NCBI GenBank assembly: GCA_001029795.1
Contig: CP011216.1
Span: 418,577-482,576 of the forward strand
From: a candidate division Kazan bacterium GW2011_GWA1_50_15
GTDB taxonomy: Bacteria > Patescibacteriota > Kazan-3B-28
DNA: 64,000 nt
Reading direction: 5' to 3'
The notes under the pieces are model-generated. The model was not told the origin of the DNA and made no database searches. It saw only the letters and a list, made by a program, of their open reading frames with translations. Positions 18,216 to 27,569 of this stretch are shown here, in pieces; the first letter of the stretch is position 1; every line of letters begins with the position of its first letter. The translations under genes and the position numbers were made by a program.

Positions 18216-18822
18216 TTTGTGACATCAGATAATCTAAGAACGACTGTAGTAGTTCAGAATCTTTGATCCGGCCTAGACCCTGACGAGTGATATCAATGGC
18301 TAGCTGGCGGCCGTAGGCTCGGTCCATATCGGGCCGCAATAGATACAGATCGCCTAAGTTCCGGTAGACGGTTTCTTGGCGCGGGTTCAATTTTAATGAA
18401 CGTGTGTAGGCCGCTTCTGCTCCGATAAAGTCCCCTCTATCCCTTAGGACATTGGCTAGATTATTCCAAGCGAACCAAGCTCTAGGTTCAACTTCTACGG
18501 CCAGTTGATAGGCCGCCCCCGACATCTCTAGCTGATTTAACGTGTACAAAGACACTGCCCGCTGATACAGAGCGTTAAAGTTACGGGGATGGGTCTCAAG
18601 GATCTTGTTAGCTTCCTCTAGTCCGGCGCTAACGTCTGAGTTAAGTTGGGGTGGCTGACGCAGCCCCACTGTGTTGGCTACCCCTAGCCCCAGCCAAACT
18701 AACAACCCGAGGCCGATCAGCCCCATCCCCCACTTAAGCCAACTGGGATGCCGAGAATTAGTGATTAGCCTCCAAATAGTTGTCCCTGCGCGACGCAATT
18801 TTACAATTAATGATCTAACCAT
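18202..18822 (-). CDS. TPR-repeat membrane-anchored protein
   Basis: N-terminal TM helix plus TPR repeats; overlaps neighbours. Confidence 0.6.
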   Translation of the reverse strand: MVRSLIVKLRRAGTTIWRLITNSRHPSWLKWGMGLIGLGLLVWLGLGVANTVGLRQPPQLNSDVSAGLEEANKILETHPRNFNALYQRAVSLYTLNQLEMSGAAYQLAVEVEPRAWFAWNNLANVLRDRGDFIGAEAAYTRSLKLNPRQETVYRNLGDLYLLRPDMDRAYGRQLAIDITRQGLGRIKDSELLQSFLDYLMSQNDQG

Positions 18823-19390
18823 TTTTTAAACGAGTTAATTCATCCTTAGCCGCTTGATTATTGGGATTAAGCGCGACCACCTTTTCAAAGTATTCGATAG
18901 CCTTGTCGGTGTTGCCGATCGCCTCATAGAAATTACCCAGAACTAGAGGATAGTGAATGTTTTTAGGATCCTTAGTGGCCAAATCGGTCATATATTTTTC
19001 GAATTTATCCCGACCGGGCGTCTCTGGATGCGCACCGTAGAGATCTCCCAATTCATAGTACACATTCGTATAATCCTCGTGGCCATTGTTGATGGCTATC
19101 CACCACTCCTCCGCTGCCGCGTCGTAGAGCCCTAGGTCGTTGTAGACGTGCCCGGCTTCGTAGTGGCCGACATAGCCCTTTGGCAGACGGATATTGAGTT
19201 GACGGTAAGTAGCGGCGGCCTGATTCAGATCGCCGGCGGTTACTTGAACCCGAGCTTTAGCTAAGAGTTGACCGATGGGCATCGTCGCACGCAGAACCAG
19301 CCAGACGGCAACCCCGGCCACCAGCACTATGCCTCCGGCTAGCCACCATACCCTGTGGTCCCACAAGAATTTTTTATCAAAAATATTCAT
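18815..19390 (-). CDS. TPR-repeat membrane-anchored protein
   Basis: N-terminal TM helix (WWLAGGIVLVAGVAVWLVL) plus TPR repeats. Confidence 0.6.
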   Translation of the reverse strand: MNIFDKKFLWDHRVWWLAGGIVLVAGVAVWLVLRATMPIGQLLAKARVQVTAGDLNQAAATYRQLNIRLPKGYVGHYEAGHVYNDLGLYDAAAEEWWIAINNGHEDYTNVYYELGDLYGAHPETPGRDKFEKYMTDLATKDPKNIHYPLVLGNFYEAIGNTDKAIEYFEKVVALNPNNQAAKDELTRLKNG

Positions 19391-19424
19391 CTAATTATCA
19401 TTTTACAACAGTCTGCTCTAGGCA

Positions 19425-19470
19425 AAGCTCCCCCAATGGATTGGGGGAGCTTCAAAAAAGCTCCCCCAAT
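19425..19470. repeat. tripartite inverted-repeat element A-A'-A (aagctcccccaat / attgggggagctt / aagctcccccaat)
   Basis: 13-nt arm at 19425-19437, its reverse complement at 19440-19452, and a second direct copy at 19458-19470; can form two mutually exclusive hairpins. Confidence 0.6.
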
Positions 19471-19516
19471 CGCCAGGTTGTGCGCTACCTGTAAACCCGT
19501 GTCTAGAACTTGAACA

Positions 19517-22500
19517 TTAGGCTGTCAACTGCGAGTAAGCAGTCGGCAGGTTCTTGATCAAGTAACCGCTGGTCCAGTCAGCTGACGAGGCCGGGACATC
19601 CGTACCACCATTGGTGTCGTCTGCTAGTGTGTACAGATGGTTGATGGCCGAGACATCCGACCAGACAAAGGCAGCTGCCTCCTCAGTGGCATCCTCACCA
19701 GTACTCACGTTCAGACCCACATCAAGACCGGCACTGTCGTCAATATCAGTCATATAGACGTAAGTGGCGGTTGGAGCTGCTGCTTCACCGTCAACCCGGA
19801 CACGGATGTAGTCATCGTCGGCTGGAGTTGAGAACCCAGCCAAGGTGGCTTTCACCGTGTAGGTCTTGGTGGCGCCTAGCCCAATGGACTCTTCACTGTC
19901 GGTACCGGCCTGATCCCACACAACGTGGAATGTGCCGCTACCTTCAGCCAGGGTTGAACCGCCGGTCTCGATGGAAGTCCCGCCTGAGTTCAACACGCTC
20001 ACCGTGCCAGTGATGTCAGTGGAACCCCTCCAGAAGGTGAAGGTGCCAGCATAAGGAGTGTTGTTGGTGCCGACATTATCAATAATGTCGTAACCAAATG
20101 TAATTTCCTTAAGGGCAATTTCACCAGCGGCGTCCGCCGTCACGCTGAACGAGAAGATTGCGTTGTCGGAACCATTGGCGATCGTACTGGTGCCGACTGG
20201 TACATAGGTCACTGTCGGCTTGGATTTGTAGAGGTATTGGTCGTTAGCCGAGATGCCGGTAACGGTCAAGTTATCGTCATCTAGGGTACTCAAGCCAATC
20301 GCCTCGAACTCATCGTCGTTACTGGTGTCCACCGACAAGCTGACATCTAGGATGTCCCGGAAGTCGGCAGGATAACCACCACCGATCGGATAGGTGTCGG
20401 CGTAGACATCCATGAAGGCGTAGCTGTTCTTCGGGATCCAGAAGCCCTTGCGCCCGCCAGCATTTAACTGGAAGACATGGTCGTTCTGGGAACCGATAGC
20501 CAGCGTAACCGATTCTTCTACACCGTCAACATTCTTGTACTTGACGATAAGATTCTTGACCGAGTCGTAACCGGCTGACAGGTCGAAGGCGACCTTGTTC
20601 ACCGTGTAGGCGTCGTCAGTAGCCGACCAACGCATTTGCAGCATACGGTTCATGTTCGAGTTGGCGATGACCACACCTATTTCAGGCGTGTCAGCGCCAA
20701 CCGCCACCGCGATGCTACCATTGGCCTGAACTGTTATTGTACCAGCCCCAGTAACATCGGTTTCGGCGATAGCAGTACCCGTGTCGGCACCCGTGGCTGT
20801 GACATCTGCACCAGTTACTACATCGTCAAACAGCCCAATGGCATGTTGGCCGCCAGTAGTTGCGCTAGCGCTCAAATCAGCCACAAAGATGATTTTAACA
20901 GAACCACCCTTAGGTACCCGAATGGTCTGCGTCAGAGTGAATGCTTGGGTGTCATCGGTACCAGCTGCGCCGTCAGGCTGTTCGGTACTACTGATCTTGG
21001 TTTCGTAGCTACCGTTGTTGTCCAGATCGGCCCACAACTCAGCATTGTAGAGATCGCCCATATCACCAGTGGTGGCATCAACATTGTCGCCAACCGTGAT
21101 AGCAGAGATCAAGACATCCTCACCCGAGGCGGTCGCATCAAGCGACATTGTTGCCCAAGTGAAGTCCTGTACTCCGGCGACCACGTTGCCAGTGGTCGGC
21201 ACACCTAGGTCACGCAGGACTAATGCCCCTGCTTTAACCGTCTGGGTGTTGCCCGTCACACCGTAGGTGCCGCCCGGAACAATGGAGTTGTTGGTAATGA
21301 TACCCTTGGCAGTTACCTGCGCGGCCGCGTCAATAGCAGCGACCAAAGTATCACTAGCCTCAAAGTCGGTACCGAGTCTGACCTTGAACCCAACCTTGCT
21401 AATGCCAACTGGCAATACGAAGGTGTTGGTAAAGTCAAACTCTTCATCTGGATCGGTCCCATCCGCTGAACCATCAACGGGGCCAGAGAGGATATTGCCA
21501 GTGGCCATATCCACTAATCGGCCGTTAGTCAGGTCCGCATAGGTGACCACCGTGCTACCGTTAAAGTCAGTGACAGTAACGTCCACATGCACGGCGCTGA
21601 TTCTAACCGACTCACCACGCACATCAAAGTCGAAGACAGTCAGAAGCTGATTGTCAGCGACCGTAATGTTGCTGGTTGGCGGAGTGGAAGCGCTCTTACT
21701 GATAGTCAAACTACCAGAGTTAATAGTTTGGGTACCACCCAAACCGTTCCAGCTGCCGGTAGCGGTCGGGGTAATGTAGAAGCCGTAGCTAGTACCCTTC
21801 CCTGTAACTAATACGTCGGAGCCGTCCACGGCATCGGTGGTGATGGTCAAACCAACACCATCAACGATATCAAGCTGGGTTCTCAACCGAATGGAGTCGC
21901 CTTTGCCTAGGGTCAGGTTAACTGCCCAGGAAGCTTTACCGTCAGCACTCCATGAGGTAGCCGTACCAAGCGACACGTTGTGGGTCACATCCCACAGCTC
22001 AATGTTGTTGGTATCGGCAGTTTCGGTCGTACCCGACTTTAATACCGTAATGCGCTCGATCAAGACTGGCTCAGTCGAACCAGCAGTGAGCTTGAACGCA
22101 TTAGTAATAACGTTCGTGTCGCCCACGTCTGGAGTGGAATCAGAAATAGTTCCATCCTGGGCCATTGCCAGAGAACCGATCGTAACAGCGACCGTAGTCA
22201 TGTAGTTACCGTAGACCGGGGCGCCGTTGACCGAGGTAGCGTTAGAGACAATATCGGCATTGCTGGCAATACCTAACCGGGCGGTTAGACCCGATGTGGT
22301 GCCAGTGCTGATGAATCCAGCTCGCAGATAGAAATCTTGCGAACCAGTGATCTCTAGCGCTGGGGTGATGAAGATCTGGGCCTGATGGTTGGCGTTGAAG
22401 CCACCAGCAGTGTTCCCTACCTGTACCCCATCGGCCTTGACCAACTTGACATTCTCGATGTCAGAGTCGGCGCTCAGACCGTCACGAGTAACGTAGAGCT

Positions 22501-23236
22501 GAGAAACCTTTACTGTCGCCCCAGCGGCGGCGGTCAGAGTGATCTTGGTGAAGTTGGCATTACCGCCGTAGGCAACCGTGGAAGCTGCCGGGGTACCGGA
22601 AGAGATACCAACCGACAAGCCGCCGGTCGCCGGCTCGGCTGAGCCGCCGCCGATAATGAACCGCCAGAAGATGTCGCCAGAGGCGATAGCCCGGCCGCCA
22701 GCAGTTACCTGCTGAGCCCAGCCGTCGAACTCACGAACAACTTCGGTGTAAAGATCGTAGGTGCCATTGGCGGCAGAGCTGGCGATCTTCGCTGTCCAAG
22801 TCAGGGTCAGATCTTGACCCGGGTTAACTGCCGCGCCGTCATAGTAGGCAAACCGGTTGCCATTGATGGCGAAGCTTGATGCATCAAGCCAAGCGGGAAC
22901 ATTGTCCCGAGGATGCGAGGTACCAATACCCACCGCGTGGGCGTTGGGGTAGCTGGGACCTTCGCTCAAGAGAGCACTCTTACCATACATGGTCAGAGCT
23001 TGCGGATTGGTCGAACGGTTGCGAATGGTCAGGGACATATTCACTGTGTCGCCCGCGTTAGCGCGCACCACGTGAGCCGGCCCTTCCACTGTACCGCTCT
23101 GCGCAATCCACTGGTACCGGAAGGTACCGAGGTTCTCAAAAGCCAGCGCTTGCGGCGCGGCGAAAGCCACAGCCATTGATGTCGCCATCAACCAAGCCAG
23201 AGCTTTTGAGGTGTTGCGTAAAACTGTATTGCTCAT
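19517..23236 (-). CDS. large secreted Thr/Gly/Ala/Asp-rich cell-surface protein (S-layer-like or adhesin-like)
   Basis: 1239 aa; N-terminal signal peptide ending AFAAPQALA; long low-complexity T/S/G/A-rich repeats; no catalytic motifs. Confidence 0.6.
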   Translation of the reverse strand: MSNTVLRNTSKALAWLMATSMAVAFAAPQALAFENLGTFRYQWIAQSGTVEGPAHVVRANAGDTVNMSLTIRNRSTNPQALTMYGKSALLSEGPSYPNAHAVGIGTSHPRDNVPAWLDASSFAINGNRFAYYDGAAVNPGQDLTLTWTAKIASSAANGTYDLYTEVVREFDGWAQQVTAGGRAIASGDIFWRFIIGGGSAEPATGGLSVGISSGTPAASTVAYGGNANFTKITLTAAAGATVKVSQLYVTRDGLSADSDIENVKLVKADGVQVGNTAGGFNANHQAQIFITPALEITGSQDFYLRAGFISTGTTSGLTARLGIASNADIVSNATSVNGAPVYGNYMTTVAVTIGSLAMAQDGTISDSTPDVGDTNVITNAFKLTAGSTEPVLIERITVLKSGTTETADTNNIELWDVTHNVSLGTATSWSADGKASWAVNLTLGKGDSIRLRTQLDIVDGVGLTITTDAVDGSDVLVTGKGTSYGFYITPTATGSWNGLGGTQTINSGSLTISKSASTPPTSNITVADNQLLTVFDFDVRGESVRISAVHVDVTVTDFNGSTVVTYADLTNGRLVDMATGNILSGPVDGSADGTDPDEEFDFTNTFVLPVGISKVGFKVRLGTDFEASDTLVAAIDAAAQVTAKGIITNNSIVPGGTYGVTGNTQTVKAGALVLRDLGVPTTGNVVAGVQDFTWATMSLDATASGEDVLISAITVGDNVDATTGDMGDLYNAELWADLDNNGSYETKISSTEQPDGAAGTDDTQAFTLTQTIRVPKGGSVKIIFVADLSASATTGGQHAIGLFDDVVTGADVTATGADTGTAIAETDVTGAGTITVQANGSIAVAVGADTPEIGVVIANSNMNRMLQMRWSATDDAYTVNKVAFDLSAGYDSVKNLIVKYKNVDGVEESVTLAIGSQNDHVFQLNAGGRKGFWIPKNSYAFMDVYADTYPIGGGYPADFRDILDVSLSVDTSNDDEFEAIGLSTLDDDNLTVTGISANDQYLYKSKPTVTYVPVGTSTIANGSDNAIFSFSVTADAAGEIALKEITFGYDIIDNVGTNNTPYAGTFTFWRGSTDITGTVSVLNSGGTSIETGGSTLAEGSGTFHVVWDQAGTDSEESIGLGATKTYTVKATLAGFSTPADDDYIRVRVDGEAAAPTATYVYMTDIDDSAGLDVGLNVSTGEDATEEAAAFVWSDVSAINHLYTLADDTNGGTDVPASSADWTSGYLIKNLPTAYSQLTA

Positions 23237-23279
23237 TAAATTGTTAGATTGCTATTAGTTCTATGCATATTTGTTTTGT

Positions 23280-24263
23280 TTATTCGGAAACTTGCCCAAG
23301 CGAATTGTTTTGTTCGCCTTCGACCCGAGGCAAAGCGTTATTATCCTTACTGGGATACCACCCAATAAGCTTGCTATCGATGGTAATCTTCTGAACGACG
23401 ATGCCTTCCTCGCCCAGTTCTCCGATAACGTTAGCGTTGACTAGCCCGACATAAGCGGAGATGTCAACATCAACGCCCAACAGTCTATAGACCGTACCGT
23501 TAGTGTTGATAGCTGGTTGGCCATAAGCGGTAGTTAGGACACCGCTAAATGAATTATTTGGTCCCGCCGCCTCGTCGCTAGGCAAGAGGTCATCCAGCTC
23601 CTGACGAATAGCCGCTACGCTCTTTCTGACGTCTTCTTTCCCGATATTTTCTTTGACAATGGTGCTGAGAATGGTTTTCTGAGCATCCACTAGCGACTTC
23701 AGTTTAGCCACCAAATCCACCGATGAGGTGCTGGCAGTATCTGTCTTCTGGAGCGCCGAGACAGCGTTCTTGGCACTTTCTAGCGCCTTCTGAGACTCTT
23801 TGACTACTGCATCCAATTTGGTCTGGTCGGCCCCGCTGATGGCTTGCAAACGCTCGTCGGCGATAGTTAGTTGAACCTCCGCCCGTCTGGCAGGATCGCG
23901 AGTCAGAGCTAGCTCGATAGTCTCAAATGCCTTACGGACTACGAATAGCGGTTGGCCCGGGTCGGCGTCACGGGCGATGGCCCCGGTGGTAAAAGTAGCG
24001 ACGAACACTGTGGCGATCAGGCCGACTGTGGCGGGTAGCCCCAACATGATCTTCTGGGGACGAAAGATACTAGCTAATTTATTGACTGGCATAACTAAGC
24101 CGACGGCCTCAGTTTTGGTCTGCATCGCGTCAATGAGGTCTAACTGACCGATCTGTTTGAATAAGCGGTCACGGATCTTCTGGCGTTGGGTCAACGACAA
24201 AACCGCATCCTTCCCAAGGATAGTCAGATCTTGTTCAAGTTGTGAGAACTGCGATCTTGCCAT
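23280..24263 (-). CDS. single-pass membrane protein, anti-sigma-factor-like (DUF5667-like architecture)
   Basis: cytoplasmic N-terminus, one TM helix, periplasmic helical domain with PGQPLFVVRKAFETIELALT block shared with the paralogue at 25948-26919. Confidence 0.45.
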   Translation of the reverse strand: MARSQFSQLEQDLTILGKDAVLSLTQRQKIRDRLFKQIGQLDLIDAMQTKTEAVGLVMPVNKLASIFRPQKIMLGLPATVGLIATVFVATFTTGAIARDADPGQPLFVVRKAFETIELALTRDPARRAEVQLTIADERLQAISGADQTKLDAVVKESQKALESAKNAVSALQKTDTASTSSVDLVAKLKSLVDAQKTILSTIVKENIGKEDVRKSVAAIRQELDDLLPSDEAAGPNNSFSGVLTTAYGQPAINTNGTVYRLLGVDVDISAYVGLVNANVIGELGEEGIVVQKITIDSKLIGWYPSKDNNALPRVEGEQNNSLGQVSE

Positions 24264-24286
24264 TTAGTTTGGTAGAGTACGATAGT

Positions 24287-24913
24287 TTATTTTAATTGGT
24301 TCCCCTCAGCCCATAGGTGATCTACTTGGAGAGTCAGACCATCCAACCGACCTTCGACTGCGGCGTGACGGCCAGTCAGACTGCCCATCAATGTATTACT
24401 GATATCTTCGACACCGATCAGCTGTACCTCGCTGTAAGCTCCATAGAGAAGGGCTGGAGAGATATCCAGCGCTGGTTGATTCGTACGGATGATTAACCAT
24501 CCCTCAAGCCGATCTACTGCCATTGGGGGGGTAACTAATACTGGCGGAGTCGTTGGCCCGCCGACATTATCGGACAGAACTCGCTGCCCGATCAGACCGG
24601 TCCCATCGTCTAATGAAACTAGATAAAATACATTGCTAATGGTTGAGTCTTGGACATCGCCTTGGATCTCAACTGCCTGTCCGACATGAGCCCATAGGGC
24701 GTCAGGCGCAACCACGCGGTCAGTGATAGTCAGGATCGAGGCGTCGTTCACCCGCACTGCCGGATAGCCATAGCTAGTGATCAGCGTACCAGTCATGGTC
24801 GTGGCAGCTTCGGCTTTCGGCGCAAACAGAACTAACGCTACCAGGGCCAGAGTGGCCAGCAGCAGCGTCTTGATTATAAAAATGGTTCCGGAATAGATGT
24901 TTTGGAAAGTCAT
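24287..24913 (-). CDS. secreted hypothetical protein
   Basis: signal peptide LLATLALVALVLFAPKAEA. Confidence 0.5.
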   Translation of the reverse strand: MTFQNIYSGTIFIIKTLLLATLALVALVLFAPKAEAATTMTGTLITSYGYPAVRVNDASILTITDRVVAPDALWAHVGQAVEIQGDVQDSTISNVFYLVSLDDGTGLIGQRVLSDNVGGPTTPPVLVTPPMAVDRLEGWLIIRTNQPALDISPALLYGAYSEVQLIGVEDISNTLMGSLTGRHAAVEGRLDGLTLQVDHLWAEGNQLK

Positions 24914-25036
24914 AAAAGTGGAGTTAGAGGAATGTGGCTTGTGTGTTGTCCGCCAACTGGCGGATTCGCCCCATCTTGCGCTCCCCTAGCGCTTCTGACT
25001 TCCCCAAAAATTCTTTTCTAGAACCCTTAGGAAAAA

Positions 25037-25606
25037 CTAATTTTTTTCTAATTCCTGTCTGAGCCTGGCCAGCGCCCTCACTGTGATCGCTCGGACATTG
25101 GCCTCTTTCTTTTTGATGGCCTGAGCCACCCGGGCGATTGGCATCTCGTCTACGAACCGCAGCCGCAACACTTTCTGATACTCTTCCGGCAGCCGCTGCA
25201 GAGCTGACTCAATGTGTGATGCCTCGCGGTATGGTTCTTCCCCTTCGAGATCGGCTATCTCCGGCAGATTTTCGAAAGAGAGTTCCTCGCGACTACTAAC
25301 GCGATAGTAGTCGATCACCACATTACGCGCCACCGCGTAGAGCCAGGCAGAGAACTTGGCCCCAGCTTGCGGTTTGTACTGATGAATTTTTTGCCAGACT
25401 TTCAGGAATACCTCCGAGGTCATATCTTCGGCCATCGGTACGCTCCTGATCTTGAAGTAGATAAAGCGATAAACCCGCCTGGCCCAGATCTCGTAAAGCT
25501 CACCGAACGCTTGTTCGTCTCCCTCCTGAGAACGGTGGATCAGAGCGGTTTGTCTCTGGTCTGACTTGTCGGCTTTAAGCTGCAAAATGGCCATGCGGCT
25601 CTTCAT
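25037..25606 (-). CDS. RNA polymerase sigma factor, ECF (sigma-70 group 4) family
   Basis: region 2 (YRFIYFKIRS...EDMTSEVFLKVW) and region 4 HTH (IARVAQAIKKKEANVRAITVRALARLRQ). Confidence 0.85.
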   Translation of the reverse strand: MKSRMAILQLKADKSDQRQTALIHRSQEGDEQAFGELYEIWARRVYRFIYFKIRSVPMAEDMTSEVFLKVWQKIHQYKPQAGAKFSAWLYAVARNVVIDYYRVSSREELSFENLPEIADLEGEEPYREASHIESALQRLPEEYQKVLRLRFVDEMPIARVAQAIKKKEANVRAITVRALARLRQELEKN

Positions 25607-25733
25607 TAGTTATAACGGAAACTCCCCCTATGTTGTGACAGATAGTGGTAAAAATACAGTCCCACAGCGGACAATTGGTCATACACTTATTTGACAAGAT
25701 CGCTAATATTTAGGACCCTGATTAACGAGAGAA

Positions 25734-25762
25734 ATTATACCCATCTACCCCTGAAAAAGCAA
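25734..25762 (-). promoter_or_regulatory. sigma70-type promoter for the ECF sigma gene at 25037-25606
   Basis: minus-strand TTGCTT-17-TATAAT (rc of aagcaa 25757-25762 and attata 25734-25739). Confidence 0.5.
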
Positions 25763-25947
25763 GCCCTCCCGGAGTAGGAAGAACACGCCAGCCATCTGGC
25801 GTGTTCTTAAAGAGTAGACCCTCGATCTTGCTGTTCGGTAGGGCTCAGATAATAGTTCAGAGTGATGGACTAGAAGATATCAGAAGTTAGAATCTGGGGG
25901 TATATTTTACCCATAATTCATACTTCATTATTCACACTTCATTTACC

Positions 25948-26919
25948 TTACATCAAGTGCGGTGGCCAGTTCGGTTCCGGCTCTGGAGTCGTTGGCTTGG
26001 GCGGATACCAGGGAGACACTTGCTCGTACCAGTCCTGGGCCGCTTGGGCAACTAGAGCCATCTTGGCCTTTAGATCAGCGGCTTGGGCTGTGGCATCAGC
26101 CACATCTTGGTCTGTCCCAAGCAAACCTTCCGGCAACGGTAGTTTAGCGTCTTCTGTGTCCGTCGTATCTTCGTTATCGTCTTCGTCAAGTTGCTTTAGT
26201 ACCTCCCTATGGAGCTCCAGCATCTCTTTGGCTGACTCCCCTCTCCACTCCCGCAGTTTGGCGCGGATCGGGATCTGGTTGATATCGCTAGCTTCAATCG
26301 CATTCATCCGCTCCTCACGCTTGGCCATCACCTCGTCGAGATGCTCGACTATCTTTTGGAAGGCCTCCCGTTCAGCTTCGGTCTTAGCGGCGGCTAACTT
26401 CTCTTCGAATTTGGTCTGCACCGTATTGACCCGCTCGATACTCTTGGCCACCCGCGCAACAGCGTCCTGTTTGTGCTCCTCGAACTTGGCCTTCATCGCT
26501 TCTGGCCACTCACTCGGGTCGAGCTCCTGCAGAGCTTTCAGCTCGGCTAATCTCTCCTCACTGAACTTGGCGAATAAACCAGCTTTGGCTTCTGGGGCCT
26601 GAGTGATACGCTCCTGTATCCGTTCGATCCATTGATCGATAGGGTAAAGCGCGTCGCCGGGCTTGGCCGAATCGGCCAGTGCGGCGGTACCGCCGCCTAG
26701 GGCGATAACTAGGGCTATAACTAATGGAATAAGTGGCATAGCAAATCTCCTTTGATTAAATAGATTATTAGTCTGATAGGTGTTAGTCCGCTCTGGCAGT
26801 GTATTTATTACACCCATTAGCTTATTTTTGAGCTGGCTTTTGTCGCTAACCGATAACTGAACCCGGCGGCCTGCCTGGCGGATCAGCTGTTCTATCTGTT
26901 TGTCGGTGTAGTTGGTCAT
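25948..26919 (-). CDS. single-pass membrane protein, anti-sigma-factor-like (DUF5667-like), coiled-coil and Pro-rich C-terminus
   Basis: N-terminal cytoplasmic segment, TM helix PLIPLVIALVIALGG, block PGDALYPIDQWIERIQERIT, E/K-rich helices, PEPEP tail. Confidence 0.45.
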   Translation of the reverse strand: MTNYTDKQIEQLIRQAGRRVQLSVSDKSQLKNKLMGVINTLPERTNTYQTNNLFNQRRFAMPLIPLVIALVIALGGGTAALADSAKPGDALYPIDQWIERIQERITQAPEAKAGLFAKFSEERLAELKALQELDPSEWPEAMKAKFEEHKQDAVARVAKSIERVNTVQTKFEEKLAAAKTEAEREAFQKIVEHLDEVMAKREERMNAIEASDINQIPIRAKLREWRGESAKEMLELHREVLKQLDEDDNEDTTDTEDAKLPLPEGLLGTDQDVADATAQAADLKAKMALVAQAAQDWYEQVSPWYPPKPTTPEPEPNWPPHLM

Positions 26920-26988
26920 AGAAAATGAATAGTGAATCAGGAATTATGAATTATGGACAGAAAGACGCCTCTTACCATGATTCGTTAT

Positions 26989-27519
26989 TCATGCTTCATA
27001 ATTCGCTCTTAGTTTATCTAGCCCCCGTTTGACTATAACGCGGAGGTGATTCTCGGTTTTGCCAGTAATTTCGGCTATCTCCGGATACTCCAGCTCCTCC
27101 ACAAATTTTAGCTTGAGAACGGTCTGATAGAGCTCCGGCAATTGGTCGATATTATCAACGACTCTAGCCATCTCGTCAGCCAACTCAACTTCCGCCTCTA
27201 TATCCGTGCTACCAGAGCGATTTATTACGGCGTCCAGGGAAACTGTCGGCCGGTAGCGGCGGTAGTGATCAATTAGGTTATATCTGGCGATAGCGAACAG
27301 CCAGGTCCTGAAGGACCTGTCAGGGTTATATCGGCGCAGGCTCTGCCAGGCTTCCAGCCAGATCTGGCTCAGAAGATCTTTCGCCTGCTCGTCGTCGCGC
27401 AGACGAAAGGTCAGAAAGCGGTAGACACTATCTGATAGTTCGTCAAATAACTGGCCGAATGCGCCGCTATCGCCCTCCTTGGCCGCCCTAGCCAACTGAT
27501 TGATTTCTTGATTATTCAT
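26989..27519 (-). CDS. RNA polymerase sigma factor, ECF family (paralogue)
   Basis: region 2 YRFLTFRLRD...LLSQIWLEAW and region 4 HTH YPEIAEITGKTENHLRVIVKRGL. Confidence 0.85.
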   Translation of the reverse strand: MNNQEINQLARAAKEGDSGAFGQLFDELSDSVYRFLTFRLRDDEQAKDLLSQIWLEAWQSLRRYNPDRSFRTWLFAIARYNLIDHYRRYRPTVSLDAVINRSGSTDIEAEVELADEMARVVDNIDQLPELYQTVLKLKFVEELEYPEIAEITGKTENHLRVIVKRGLDKLRANYEA

Positions 27520-27569
27520 TTTAGTTACGCCCCGAGTGGAAGCGAGGGACTACCATAACTTGTCACTTA

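Noticed and set aside
19637-23179. Numerous plus-strand ORFs (60-190 aa) inside the 1239-aa gene, and similar ones inside the two giant genes at 38-48 kb
   Set aside because: Antisense frames of long, compositionally biased coding sequence; the long minus-strand ORFs explain the region.
25997-26602. 201-aa plus-strand ORF
   Set aside because: Antisense to the anti-sigma-like gene; Ser/Ala-rich low-complexity translation.
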